A stretch of 64,000 bases of DNA from Heptranchias perlo (Eukaryota): assembly GCF_035084215.1 (NCBI RefSeq), contig NC_090334.1:65720001-65784000 (forward strand). Direction: 5' to 3'. Positions 11,770 through 24,398 of the stretch are shown here, one piece after another (positions within the stretch are counted from its first letter, which is position 1; every line of letters starts with the position of its first letter). The notes beneath the pieces are model-generated. The model was not told the DNA's origin. It was given only the letters and a program-made list of their open reading frames with translations, and searched no databases. The translations under genes were made by a program, and so were the position numbers.

Positions 11770-13182
11770 ATTTTACCTGCAGAGATAGGTGCCAGGAATT
11801 TTCTCAGAACTGCTCGCTGTCTGCTGCCGTAACTTTGGCTGAAGCCCAGTTTACGTATGTAAATATGGTTTCCATCGCACTCTCAGCAAAGTTACATCGG
11901 TGGTGCATGAGCAGGTCTGAAGAAATTTCCAGACGGAGTCTAAACTGGAAGTGTCTGTCCCGCCCACTTTTTAAATTTTTCTCTTTAAAAATGAATCAGT
12001 TGAGTAAGAAAAATGGAGACTTTGACATCGCCATGATTAAGGGGCTAAAATACAATATAATTGCACCCATTTAGAAAAAGTACAGCAGAATAGCAAATAC
12101 AAGTATTGAATAACATTTGAAAGCACCAACTGAAGGAAATCCTCTCCTGCAATGGGCAAAAGTGCATGATTAACTGATTTCTGTGTGAGCTCAGGCATGT
12201 ACATTTAGAAATGCATTATCTTTATTTTGACCTCGTGGATCTTTCCTAAAGAATGTATTTGCCTGTTCCTTTTAAACCAATAACCTGTGTTAATTTAATG
12301 CATTCATAGTTTCTTTTCATTTATACATAAAATGATATCAGCTGTTGTTATATTAATGTCTCTACAATAGTTCATAAAGTAAATTAGCTTAACATTTTCT
12401 GAGGTAAACTTTATATATAAATTATGCTGCATATTTAAACTATACTTTAAACTTGAACATTTGCTTCATAGGAAAATAGTTGAAGCTTCTTAATTCGGCA
12501 AATTAAATAATTAGCTGATAATCATGACTGAACACTGAAACTGATTATTAGACTTCAGCAAAGTGTGTTCGTACGCAGAGCAACCACACACGCAGATATA
12601 TATAAATATAAAAATATATATTCCTCGCCTAACTTTAGTTTATGTCACAGAATACATTTCATAGCACTTTGTTTATTTTCTCTTAAATTGAAGCTTTTCT
12701 GTAGCCTGTCTCCCCCATGGAGATCACTGCAGAAATCTCAGAGGTGTTAAAAAACCGAGTATAGGTCAAAAATTGCTTGTTGGTTTTGATCTCCTGATGA
12801 TGCAATGATTGACAGGCTGGCTGTCTGCCGCACAGAAACAACTGAAAGGGAGCATTTGACAGAATGTCAAAACTTCGTGGCTCTGTACAGTTTTTAACCA
12901 TTTTCTCCTCCATGTCGGAAAATGATGTTATAGTTCCACAGTCGTTATGTAAAATAAAGTTGCAATCAAGAAGATCAACCGTGTTAAATGGTGCAGCAAC
13001 TTAGTTCGAATCAAGCAGGCAAATGTCAGGTCTGTTGGGAGCTCATGTATCGATGTATATTTAAAAATGGCTGCCCTCGAATAAAGATTTTCCAAATTCA
13101 CACATTTTCTCAGAGAATCTCAGAGGCTGTTTAGAAATTGTTATTCACACAAATAACATACAGCTCTTCAGTAAGTATAAGT

Positions 13183-13271
13183 TTTAGTGAAGGGTCTCCA
13201 ACTGAAACCTGAAGCTGTCTTTTCTCTTTCAGATGCTGGTTACTTCCAGAATTTTATTTTTTTTATTTTCA
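13183..13271 (+). mobile_element. Degenerate single arm of a PLE family B terminus
   Basis: gtgaagggtctccaactgaaacc...tctttctctttcagatgctg resembles 2860-2950. Confidence 0.45.
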
Positions 13272-13444
13272 ACTGTTACCAATAAATGTTGCTCATCCAG
13301 TCAGATTTGTATTGGGAGGCCAGATGACAGAGAGGTAGGAGAGTCGAGAGAATACAGAGGAGACCAGGTCCTCAGGAGAGCAGAAGACCGGATCCAAGGC
13401 AACGGTAATAAGGAGCACAAAACTCTAGCTCCCAGCAATGCTCA

Positions 13445-13800
13445 CTCACAGGACGTATGATCTACAGGATGCTCTGCAGCAAATCACCACAGTTACTTCA
13501 ACAGAGCCTCCCTTCCAGAACGTTCTTCCACCAAGAAGGACAAGAGCAACAATGCCGTGGGAACACCCCATCACCCCCAAGTTGCCCTCCAAGTCAAGCA
13601 CCATTCTGACTTGGACAATATATCACAGGTTCTTCATTGCCACTGGATCAGATCCTAGAATTCCCTACCTAAATCCATTATGGGAAGCACCATCATCACA
13701 GTGATTCAAAGAGAAGGCCCACCACCAAACTTCTCAAGGCAACCAGCAATAAATTTGGCCTTGCCAGCGTCATTCCAGTCTCAAGACCAAAAAAAAAGAC
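13445..13800 (+). mobile_element. Old LINE 3' fragment (same family as 29177-30027)
   Basis: tctacaggatgc...ccaagaaggacaagagc...gcaataaatttggccttgccagcg, A-rich end. Confidence 0.7.
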
Positions 13801-14049
13801 ATATAAAGGACTCAAAGCTCAACCGACCTAGAAACGAGTCACAATTTTTAAAGTAACTATAGGACCCTGTCCCTCCAAGAGGGGTATCAGTGGGCCTTCC
13901 GCCTCTGCCTCGGGTCCTCCCACTATCTCTCTCTCGGCAGTCCTTGGGGTTTGTAGAATCAGCAGATCAAGGCAGGGAAATGGTACAGCTTGCTGAGCCC
14001 TACCTCCCCGCCATCATGTTCAAATGATGGACGTCTAGCGGGGGGGGGG

Positions 14050-14912
14050 ACAGGGGAGAGAATAGAGGCTGGGATGGAAACGTGACAGGGTAGAATGGGG
14101 GTTGGGACGGAAACGTGGCAGGGTAGAATGGGGGTTGAGGCAGAACGTGACAGGGTAGAATGGGGGTTGGGGCAGAACGTGACAGGGTAGAATAGGGGTT
14201 GGGGCAGGAACGTGACAGGGTAGAATAGGGGTTGGGGCAGGAACGTGACAGGGTAGAATAGGGGTTGGGGCAGGAACGTGACAGGGTAGAATAGGGGTTG
14301 GGGCAGAACGTGACAGGGTAGAATAGGGGTTGGGGCAGGAACGTGACAGGGTAGAATAGGGGTTGGGGCAGAACGTGACAGGGTAGAATGGGGGTTGGGA
14401 CGGAAACGTGACAGGGTAGAATGGGGGTTGAGGCAGAACGTGACAGGGTAGAATGGGGGTTGGGGCAGAACGTGACAGGGTAGAATGGGGGTTGGGGCAG
14501 AACGTGACAGGGTAGAATAGGGGTTGGGGCAGGAACATGACAGGGTAGAATAGGGGTTGGGGCAGGAACGTGACAGGGTAGAATAGGGGTTGGGGCAGGA
14601 ACGTGACAGGGTAGAATAGGGGTTGGGGCAGGAACGTGACAGGGTAGAATAGGGGTTGGGGCAGAACGTGACAGGGTAGAATAGGGGTTGGGGCAGGAAC
14701 GTGACAGGGTAGAATAGGGGTTGGGGCAGAACGTGACAGGGTAGAATAGGGGCTGGGACAGAAACGTGGCAGGGTAGAATAGGGGCTGGGGCAGAACGTG
14801 ACAGGGTAGAATAGGGGCTGGGGCAGAACGTGACAGGGTAGAATAGGGGCTGAGGCAGGATTGTGATGGGGTAGAATAGGGGTTGGGGCAGGAACGTGCT
14901 TGGGCAGGGGTA
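14050..14912 (+). repeat. G-rich minisatellite, 32/33-bp unit, about 26 copies
   Basis: Unit gtgacagggtagaat(a/g)ggggttggggcag(g)aac. Confidence 0.95.
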
Positions 14913-15399
14913 GACTCCAACTTCTCCCTCTTTGTCGCAAGCTTCCTTATCTTTCTTTGTTTTATTGATACAATTATTGTCAGTGCTCCTCTGAGCTTTC
15001 CTTTCTTGCATCCCCTAAGCTCCAAGTGCACAAGTCTACACAGTCCTCTTGCATCCTCACTGTGTTGAAATCAAGGCACATCATTCTATCTACCATTTAA
15101 ATCCATTCCTTCCCAAAACAACAACACTTCCATTGTGCTTTTAACATAGCAAAATGTGGCAAAGTATTTGTCAAAAATGGGGCTGAACCAACACAGAACA
15201 ATAGTTAGGAGAAGAGTTAGTGGAGATGAAGGTGAGGTTGAAGAGGTAGGTTTTCAGGGGGCTTTTGATGGTAGGAAGAGGTGTAGAAAGGCCTCAAACC
15301 TTTGGAACTCCTTACATTCCTCAATCTTCTCATTAAACCCATTAAAATTAACAGGTCAAGATATAGACTTGGGGAGAATTTGTTGATCACTTGTTAAAG

Positions 15400-16080
15400 G
15401 CGTACAAGTAGTCTGAGGTGGCTATTGGGAAAGCAAATAGAGTTTTGGGTTGTATTGCTACGACCAGTGCATACAAAATGAATGAGGTTACATAAGACTC
15501 TAATAAATCTGCATTAAAGTCCTATGTCAAGTTTGGTCCCTGCACATAATGAAGGATATCAAGTTTCTGGAGAGTTGCAGAGAAGGACAATCAGGATGAT
15601 ACCAAGTCTTATAGCTCTTAATTATGAGGATAGGCTACAAACGGTAAGACTATTTACTTTGGAGAAACACAGATCTTGAGGGATATGATTGAAATATTTT
15701 TAATGATATGAAGAATTTGGATTCAGTCCAGTTAGATAGGTTATTTGAAGTGGAGAGGCATCGTAGATTGAGAGGCCATGCCTAATAAATCCATTGCAAA
15801 GAGCTAGATTAGATTCTAGAAGTATTTATTTTCAAGAGAGTCATCACTTTCCAGTTATAGAAGGTAAGTCACCACTTAGTTGAATCATGGAGCTTATTTG
15901 ATTATGTTTGGGAGTCAAAGGTGAAATTTGCAGTTTTTTCTGGATTATCTGCTGATATTTTGCTCTGATCTTTTACTTCTTCTAGAAAGCATGATTAGAC
16001 TGCATGAATGATGTGCAAGGTTGTGCCATTGACTGGACGGAGCAGGCTTGATGGAACTGATTGCCTTTCCTTACCCTTCC
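15400..16080 (+). mobile_element. Ancient, highly decayed CR1 3' fragment
   Basis: Residual aaagcaaatagagttttggg, aaggatatc...ggagagttgcagagaagg and ttatgaggataggct motifs. Confidence 0.55.
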
Positions 16081-16244
16081 TTTTGTACATTCATTTCCTT
16101 CTGAAACCTAAAGGTTTTTAAAACCCAAGCTTGCCAGCGTCTAACAGTACTTCTTAATTTAGCTCATCTTTTCTCCTGCTCCCTTCAATATCAATTGTAA
16201 ACAATTTTACAACACCAAGTTATAGTCCAGCAATTTTATTTTAA

Positions 16245-16285
16245 ATTCACAAGCTTTCGGAGACTTCCTCCTTCCTCAGGTAAAT
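16245..16285 (-). ncRNA. Minimal hammerhead ribozyme-like motif in the PLE 3' terminus
   Basis: AUUUAC-CUGAGGA-A-GGAGG-aag-UCUCC-GAAA-GC-UU-GUGAAU, in the same sense as the PLE ORF. Confidence 0.65.
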
Positions 16286-16530
16286 GTTTCAGGAGCTCCT
16301 TGAAGCCTACGCATTTATACATATAGAACAATACATGGTGTTTACAGACTGCCCCTGCAACTGCCCGTTGCCAAGGCAATCACCGTGTTCAGACAGAGAG
16401 GTGTCACCTGCAGAACCCCCGAATACACATTCAACAAAAAAACAAACAGGGAAAAAAAAAACAGAGAAAAAAAACAGAGAGAGGCAGAAACATCCGGAAG
16501 GCAGAGAGAGCCAGCAAATGACCCATTATA

Positions 16531-18031
16531 TTAAAAACAGATAACATTTGTTCGCTGGTGGGGTAACGTGTAGCGTGACATGAACCCAAGATCCCGGTTG
16601 AGGCCGTCCTCATGGGTGCGGAACTTGGCTATCAATTTCTGCTCGACGATTTTGCGTTGTCGTGTGTCTCGAAGGCCGCCTTGGAGTACGCTTACCCGAA
16701 GGTCGGTGGATGAATGTCCATGACTGCTGAAGTGTTCCCCGACTGGGAGGGAACCCTCCTGTTTGGCGATTGTTGCGCGGTGTCCGTTCATCCGTTGTCG
16801 CAGCGTCTGCATGGTCTCGCCAATGTACCATGCTCTGGGGCATCCTGTCCTGCAACGTATGAGGTAGACAACGTTGGCCGAGTCACAGGAGTATGAACCA
16901 TGCACCTGGTGGGTGGTGTCCTCTCGTGTGATGGTGGTATCTGTGTCGATGATCTGGCATGTCTTGCAGAGGTTACCGTGGCAGGGTTGTGTGGCGTCGT
17001 GGACGCTGTTCTCTTGAAAGCTAGGTAATTTGCTGCGAACGATGGTCTGTTTGAGGTTGGGTGGCTGTTTAAAGGCGAGTAGTGGAGGTGTGGGGATGGC
17101 CATAGCGAGGTGTTTGTCCTCATTGATGACATGTTGAAGGCTGCGGAGAACATGGCGTAGTTTCTCCGCTCCGGGGAAGTACTGGACGACAAAGGGTACT
17201 CTGTTGGTTGCGTCCCGTGTTAGTCTCCTGAGGAGGTCTATGCGATTTTTTGCTGTGGCCCGTCGGAACTGTCGATCGATGAGTCGAGCGTCATATCCCG
17301 TTCTTACTAGGGCGTCTTTCAGCGTCTGTAGGTGTCCATCGCGTTCCTCCTCGTCTGAGCAGACCCTGTGTATTCGCAGGGCCTGTCCATAGGGGATGGC
17401 CTCTTTGACGTGGTTAGGGTGGAAGCTGGAAAAGTGGAGCATCGTGAGGTTGTCCGTGGGCTTGCGGTAGAGTGAGGTGCTGAGGTGCCCGTCTTTGATG
17501 GAGATTCGTGTGTCCAAGAAAGAAACTGATTCTGAGGAGTAGTCCATGGTGAGCTTGATGGTGGGATGGAACTTGTTGATGTTATCGTGTAGTCTCTTTA
17601 GTGATTCCTTGCCGTGGGTCCATAGAAAGAAAATGTCGTCGATGTATCTGGTGTATAGTGTTGGTTGGAGGTCTTGTGCAGTGAAGAAGTCCTGCTCGAA
17701 CTTGTGCATGAAAATGTTGGCGTATTGGGGTGCGAATTTGGTCCCCATGGCTGTTCCGTGTGTTTGGGTAAAGAACTGGTTATCGAAGGTGAAGACATTG
17801 TGATCCAGGATGAAGCGGATGAGTTGTAGGATGGCTTCCGGAGATTGGCTGTTGTTGGTGTTGAGTATTGATGCTGTCGCAGCGATGCCGTCATCGTGGG
17901 GGATACTGGTGTATAGTGCCGAGACGTCCATCGTGGTGAGAAGTGTTCCTGGTTCAACTGGTCCGTGGGTACTGAGTTTTTGTAGGAAGTCTGTAGTGTC
18001 GCGACAGAAGCTGGGGGTTCCCTGTACGATG
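16531..18031 (-). CDS. PLE polyprotein (partial): reverse transcriptase plus GIY-YIG endonuclease, Neptune-like Cys linker
   Basis: About 500 codons with no stop: TMDVSALYTSIP, GTAMGTKFAPQYA, RYIDD, FLD, LYRKPT; linker CHGNLCKTC; VVYLIRC..C...YIGET..R...H, E...GLN. Confidence 0.9.
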
Positions 18032-18742
18032 TCAATATCAGTGGTGCCCTGCACCATGGGCTTCTGCCTAGGCTTAGGAATTTAAAAATATAGCAATTGC
18101 CTAGGGACGGATCTCAGAATATAAAGACACGGTCTCTTTCTATTTAAAAACCCTTTTCTTTCAAACGTACTTCTCCGGTTAGTAGCGCTAAAGAACTAAC
18201 CACCCCATTCCGCCTACACAGAGTTTTTTTTCCCCCATCAAAGAGCAATACTGTTTGTTTTTAAAACTCTGTCAAAACATAATAATGCCTGTCAGTCATG
18301 CCTACACCACAGCTGTGACTTGCGTTATGGGGCACTGCAGCTTTAAGCTAAAAACCTGCCTTCTAAAAATAATAATTAGAAGATGCCTAATCTAAACTGA
18401 TCGCTCCAGGTATTTACAGGCCACTGACAGGAGTAATAAACTGTATTTTGTGAGACATTTTAAAGCATACTGTTTGTTTTTTTTTGGTCAAAGCAACGCT
18501 GACACTCGAAAAATATTTCCTACAATTATTTCCGAGTTAATTGCTCAGGCACCAACCTAAAAGTACAAATGATTAGTTTTGGAAGATTAATCGAATAATA
18601 AACATGGGCAAAAATGGAAGGCCCAATTGAGGTTTCACCTCCTACTCTGCGACAATCTTCTGATCTCTTCAACTTATGGTCGATACTTTGGTCAGATAAA
18701 ACTTTTGGCGTAAGAGGTCATAGAATGACTGCACCAAACGTG

Positions 18743-19768
18743 TGAAGGGATTCGCAAAATTTCACATGTCCACCCCCCCACCGAAGATTTTATTGGAGTT
18801 ATTAAAGAAACCCTGGTGTGACTGTTTTAAAAAATCCAGGGTCTCTCAAAATGGCTGCGGTCAGACACATGGCCTAAAAGCCTGCAGCATTCTCTAACAA
18901 CTTGGCAGGCTTCGTGTTTCAGACAGGTTTCTTTAAACAATGCAGTTGCATTCAAGCCCTGAGGCAAGCTATCAACATGGCCGGCCAACACATCAAAATT
19001 CGAGCAGGAGAAATTCCAGGACAAAAGATAAACCATCAAGGAACGTTCGGAACAATGGTAAAGCAGTTATGGAACAGATCAGTACAGGAAACGGCCATTA
19101 TGTAAATAGGCCAGAAATGAGGTCCTTTGTCTTACGTTTTCGTGCTTAAATCAAACAATGAAGCAAGCTGATGAGGTACGAAAAAAACCTGTTACCAAGA
19201 GGGTATAACTGGTGACTTCCCAGTATCTCTCTCTCTCTTCTCTCTTCGCCTGGTGGCCGGGGTCCTGCTGCTTGCTAGCAACCAAGAAGGAAGGCCATCC
19301 AGTAAACCTCGTAAACACATGTCGACGGCAGCAGCAGGAGGCCAGGCCTTTTCATCTGTTTCACCGGTGAGCATTAATTTTCTGGCCGCCACAAGACAAC
19401 CTCGCATAGGTCTAAGGGTGGGGGTTAAAGGGGATATTGCTAAACTTGTGATTTTAGAATTTTCCCTCGATGTGTCCGTTTCTTCCACCCCTTAAAGTGT
19501 AAGACTGTATTGTATCTATAGCGATTTCTTTATCTTCTGTATAATACTGTTTACCTTGTAGTTTTAGTTTTCTTATTAATAAACATTGGTTTTCCTTGTA
19601 CCGATCCACTGGTCTGTTCGTCTGTCCTTGTTACCGCCCGATAAGTCCTCAGCTCAGAATCAGGAAGGGGAAAGCGATTCGCAACCGCACAGCGGGCAGG
19701 GCAGCTCAGGAAAAACATAACTGGCTGACCTATAATAAGCCCGAGAAACAGTAAAAAAAACCCTTACA
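18743..19768 (+). mobile_element. Solo LTR (ERV or Gypsy type)
   Basis: TG...CA termini with short inverted ends (tgaaggg / cccttaca); 4-bp TSD cgtg at 18739-18742 and 19769-19772; TATA-like gtataa ~19203 followed by a CT tract; aataaa ~19578. Confidence 0.7.
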
Positions 19769-21611
19769 CGTGCAAATGCAGCGCTACATATAAGCAATTC
19801 ATCAAATAAGCTAGCAGATGGCTACAAATGGCCTACGGATCAAAGGTATTATTCAAAGCAATCAATCAAATTGTTAATACACGCTCAGCGCCTTCAAAAG
19901 GTTTCTTTCATATTTTCAGGTTGTCAATGTTTCTTGTTCTGTATTTTTTTGCAGATTTTTTTTTTCGAGCAAACACCATTTAATTTAGCTGTTGCATACA
20001 CAAACACAAGGCAGATGTCAAGTCATCACAAAGCTGGGAGAGGAAAGAGGGAATGAGACAGAATTGGAGCAAATCTGGGAGGAGGCACAGCAGTCAAAGC
20101 TGGACCATGACTGGGACATGCAGAAGTGAATGGTCCCAAGCTTGACAGTGAAAGAAAGGCCTAGATACAAAGACAAAGTGGACCAATTATCGATTTTTTT
20201 TTCCAGATTGGCCAAAGGGCCTGTTGATCCTAAGGCAATGGATATTCTGCAACATAAATATTAGTTCTATATTTGGGGACTTGAGAATGGAATGGGGAGG
20301 AGTATAGTAAATACTTGGGTGCTTTATTTAGTAAATTTAGGAAAATAAATAATTGCATCCTGCTAAAGCGGCCCATTTAATAGGCTTGAAGTTTCAACTC
20401 CATTAATACGTGCTCAATCTCCAGCGACAGCTAACATGTAAAACTGTCATGCACACATGCTGAACTTCCTTGGGAGAGAATATATATTCTGTTAGCATCT
20501 GCACAAAACAGCAATGCTATAAGTGGTCTCCTGTGTCACTGCTTCAAAGTTATTCTGTTGGGTAGTGTGGTGCCACGAGAAGCATTGTCAACATCGATGC
20601 AAATTTCCACTTATGTGCACTCTTGACACTATTGTGCTCTCTTTGACGTGCTGGAGAAAAGCAGTCAAAGAAATTGCTTTTTATGGTTTGGCCTTTACTG
20701 CTGCTTCTGTGTAAAATTTATATTTCAAATTGAAAAGAACGTTTAATGTTTAAATGCTGTTTTCTGTTTTTGGCCATTAGGTATAGGAGCACTTCTTACT
20801 GTTTATGGTGAATGCAGTACAAATTAAGTAGCGCCTCTCTTAACCCAATATCGACTTATCTGGACTGCTAGGTCAATACCAGTATGATAATAATAAACTG
20901 TAATTGAATGTAATATGTGGTGTTTGACTGTGAGCAAACTGATTTTCTTGTCTCTACGCAACCTGTACAGAGGAGCAGTAAAATCCTGCACCATGCACGA
21001 GGTGGAGAGGGGTAGGTGGGAAATGGAACATATAATTTTTGATGGCATCACTTAACAGTACTTCTTGTGCAGGTAATAGTGACCTTGCTCTGCGATACCA
21101 ACCTTCTCAGTATAAAGGGAGCTAATAGAGGAGAGCTGTGTGGAAGAATGAAGAATTTCTGCATGTATGGATGTCACGTGAGGACCTGATCAAGCTCAGC
21201 TGCGATACCATCCATGGTCGAGCAGCCTGCTGCCACTCACCGTCAAGGCTCAAGTCTTGCAGGAAATATATCTTAGCCCTGAAATTCTGCAGGGCTACCA
21301 ACAGTCTTCCCTCTCTCATGGGTTTCTGCTGGTCTCCTGCTGATGTTATGTTGGGAGTCCAGTGGTCTCTGTAATCAATAAGCAGTATTGGGTCCCAAGT
21401 ATAGGTTTCTTTTAGAAAGTTTAAAAATATTATTTAACACAAAATGCAGATTATACAAGAAGCTTGCAACTTGTAAAGCAGAATAATACATTTTGCATTA
21501 CATGATATAATGTTCCTGGCCTTATCAAACAGCATTTCTTCTGACTCATCGAAAGCAGTGCCATGAGAATCTCCTTGTATTCATGAATATTTAAATATTA
21601 ATTCTGAGACC

Positions 21612-21915
21612 TTGAACCCAGGCCCTGTCTGCCCTCTCAGGTGGACGTAAAAGATCCCACGATGCTGAAGAAGAGCAGGGGAGTTTTCCCCGGTGTCCTG
21701 GCCAATATTTATCCCTCAACCAACACCTACAATAGATGATCTAGTCATTTATTTCATTGCTGTTTGTGGGAGCTTGCTGCACACAAATTGGCTGCTGCAT
21801 GTCCTACATTATAACAATGACCACTTCAAAAGTACTTCATTGGCTGTAAAAACACTTTGGCACATCCTGAGGTCCTGAAAGGCGCTATGTAAATGTACGT
21901 TTGTTGTTTCTTTCT
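21612..21915 (+). mobile_element. DeuSINE (SacSINE1-like) 3' part with L2-type tail
   Basis: Deu-domain-like ggccctgtctgccctctcaggtggacgtaaaagatccc...ggtgtcctggccaa; tail aaggcgctatgtaaatg. Confidence 0.75.
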
Positions 21916-22156
21916 TTACCACACTAAATTATTGCAGGCATAGTTGTTATTTACATTACTATTAAGGGAGTAATTATCTGACTTTCTGTTCCTGGTGAGG
22001 TGCCTTGCATGCCTACAGCACGTATTAGAAAATCAGGCACTCATTGTGCATCACTTTCCAACTATTTAAATTAACAGTTGGATAAACCTGCAGCATCAAT
22101 GGGCAAGACTCCCTTCCAGGAATACAACATCAAAACATAACCCTTTAATGTGCGAA

Positions 22157-23395
22157 ACTTAAAGAAGTAACAAAGAGAGTTGATGAAAGTAATGTATCAG
22201 ATGTTGTATATAAGGACTTTCAAAAAGCATTTGATGAAATACCACATAACAGACTTATTCAGAAAATAGAAGCACATGGGATTAAAGGGACAGTGGTAAT
22301 ATGGGTATGTAATTGGCTAAGGAATAGGAGGCAGAGAGTAGTGGTGAACGGATGTTTTTCTGACTTGAGAGAAGTATACAGTGGGGTTCCCAAGGGATCG
22401 GTATTAGGATCATTGCTTTTCTTGTTATATATACATGACCTGGACTTGGATGTAGGGAATACAATTTTGAAGTTTCTGAATGATACAAAACTTGACATAT
22501 AGTGAAGAGGATAGTAGCAGACTTCAGGAGGACTTACATAGGCTAGCGAAATGGGCAGATGGATGGCAAATGCAATTTAATGGAGATAAGTGTGAAATGA
22601 TGCACTTTGGGAGGAATAACATTAAGAAGCAGTATAATCTAAATGGTACTATTTTGAGGGGATGCAAGAGCAGAGGGACCTGGGGGTGCATATTCACAAA
22701 TCTTTGAAGGTGGCAGGGCAAGTTGGTAAGGTGGTTAAGAAAGCGTATGGGATACTTGGCTTTGTAAATAGGGGTATTGAATACAAAAACAAGGAAGTCA
22801 TGCTAAACCATTACAAATCACTGGTTAGGCCTCTACTGGAGTATTGTGTACAATTGTGGGCACCACACTTTAGGAAGGATGTCAAGGTCTTGGAGAGGGT
22901 ACAGAGGAGGTTTACCAGGATGATACCAGGGATGAGGGACTTCAGTTATGTGGAGAGACTAGAGAAGCTGGGATTGTTCTCATTAGAGCAGAGAAGGTTA
23001 AGGGGAGATTTAATAGATGTATTCAAAATTATGAGGGGTTTTGATAGAACAAGTTGGGAGAAACCATTTCCTCTGGTAAGTGGGTCGGTAACCAAAGGTC
23101 ATAGGTTTAGAATAATTGACAAAAAGAACTAGAGGGGAAATTAGGAAAACATTTTCACACAGAGGGTTGTTAAGATCTGTAACACACGACCTTAAAGAGT
23201 GGTGGAATCAGATTCCATAGGAACTTTCAAAAGGCAATTGGACATGTACTTGAAGAGGACTCATTTGTAGGGTTATAGGGAAAAAGCTGGAGTGTGGGAC
23301 CAAATTGTACAGCTCTTTCAAAGAGCTAGCACAAGCACAATGGGCCAAATGGCCTCTTTCTGTGCTGTAAGATTCAATCATTCTATGATTCTATG
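22157..23395 (+). mobile_element. CR1 LINE, 5'-truncated, frameshifted
   Basis: Successive ORFs 22293-22502, 22480-22707 and 22662-23132 carry RT/C-terminal motifs; (attctatg)n tail. Confidence 0.9.
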
Positions 23396-23432
23396 TATTG
23401 CAAAGTGTCTTATCAAAGGATCTTGCAAATAA

Positions 23433-23750
23433 AGTCCCCTGATGGCTCAATGGGCTTTCCAAGGAGTATTTGATCCATAAAATACAGAAAGATCTCAGAT
23501 TTGACCTCCAGTCTGGGCTGAGTTGGCTGCTCTCAGCCAGGGAGACAGTAGAGGCACTAAATGTGAGCCCAGTATCCTGGGTTAAGGAGGAAAAATTAGC
23601 CAGGGTTCCTGTACACTATCCAGCCACCCCTTTTGAAAGTATGCATGTATGAATGTTATGTGAAGACCTGATTGGACTCAGCTGTGATACCATTCATGGT
23701 TGACCAGCCTGATACCAAGTCACTGTCGAGACTCAAATATGAGTAAATGA
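23433..23750 (+). mobile_element. Old SINE-like repeat (related segments at ~21150-21250, 47290-47580 minus, 49060-49200)
   Basis: Shared core catgtatg.atgt..gtga.gacctgat...ctcagctg.gatacca; tRNA-like head gatggctcaatggg. Confidence 0.5.
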
Positions 23751-23874
23751 CTACTTGTTCGAGGTACTGGAGTGAGAGACCAGCATCTGCAGAAGCAACA
23801 AGGAGTTATGACCTCCAAGGGAAAAGGGGACGGGGAAAAAGATAACCACATGCCCAAGAAAAGAAAAAGAATGA

Positions 23875-24003
23875 AACCAAAGCAAAATACTGCAGATGAT
23901 GGAAATCTGAAATAAAAACAAAATATGCTGGAAACATTTTCTGTTTCCCTCTCCACACGTGCTGCCTGACCTGCTGAGTCTTTCCAGCATTTTCTGTTTC
24001 TAT
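23875..24003. mobile_element. PLE family B mini-insertion with collapsed centre
   Basis: Same ends as 2721-2951 but the central hammerhead part is missing; 16-bp TSD aaaagaaaaagaatga at 23859-23874 and 24004-24019. Confidence 0.75.
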
Positions 24004-24398
24004 AAAAGAAAAAGAATGATCTATAAAGTGATTAAGTGGAAAACAGCAGATAATTAAATAACAGGTGTGATAATAACGTATGACAAAAGGAGGCACGATG
24101 AGAGAAATTAGAGAAATAAAAAGACATATACAAGACCCAGAGGATGTGGTGAATGGTTAAAGCAGAATAGCAGAGGGGGAGGGAAGGGAGGGAAGCATGG
24201 AAAAGCTAGCAAAGCGGAGTAGGATCCAGTGGCCTGAGAGTGTGGTGAAAGAAAAGGGCAGGTAAACCCCAGGGGTGCCAGCCACATTGTCGGGCGTGTA
24301 TCGATAAGGGATCTCAATCCCAAGCAGCAGCGTTCCCTGTCCCTGGATGATCTGAGATCGAAATTCATAATATATTAAAATGACATTACAAACCTTAT

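Larger units (their letters stand above)
16194..18031 (-). mobile_element. Penelope-like retroelement, 5'-truncated, young
   Basis: RT plus GIY-YIG ORF; 3' terminus shared with 11013, 28093 and 37805; 9-bp TSD tcaatatca at 16185-16193 and 18032-18040. Confidence 0.93.

Noticed and set aside
11457-12074. 205-aa ORF on the plus strand
   Set aside because: Antisense read-through of a LINE 3' UTR and a MITE-like segment; non-ATG start, no domain
14050-14912. CRISPR-like periodicity (~33 bp)
   Set aside because: Pure tandem units with no unique spacers; eukaryotic context
13959-15031. Three overlapping 300-350 aa Pro-rich ORFs on the minus strand
   Set aside because: Artefact of a stop-free minisatellite; all three frames are open and shift with the 32/33-bp units
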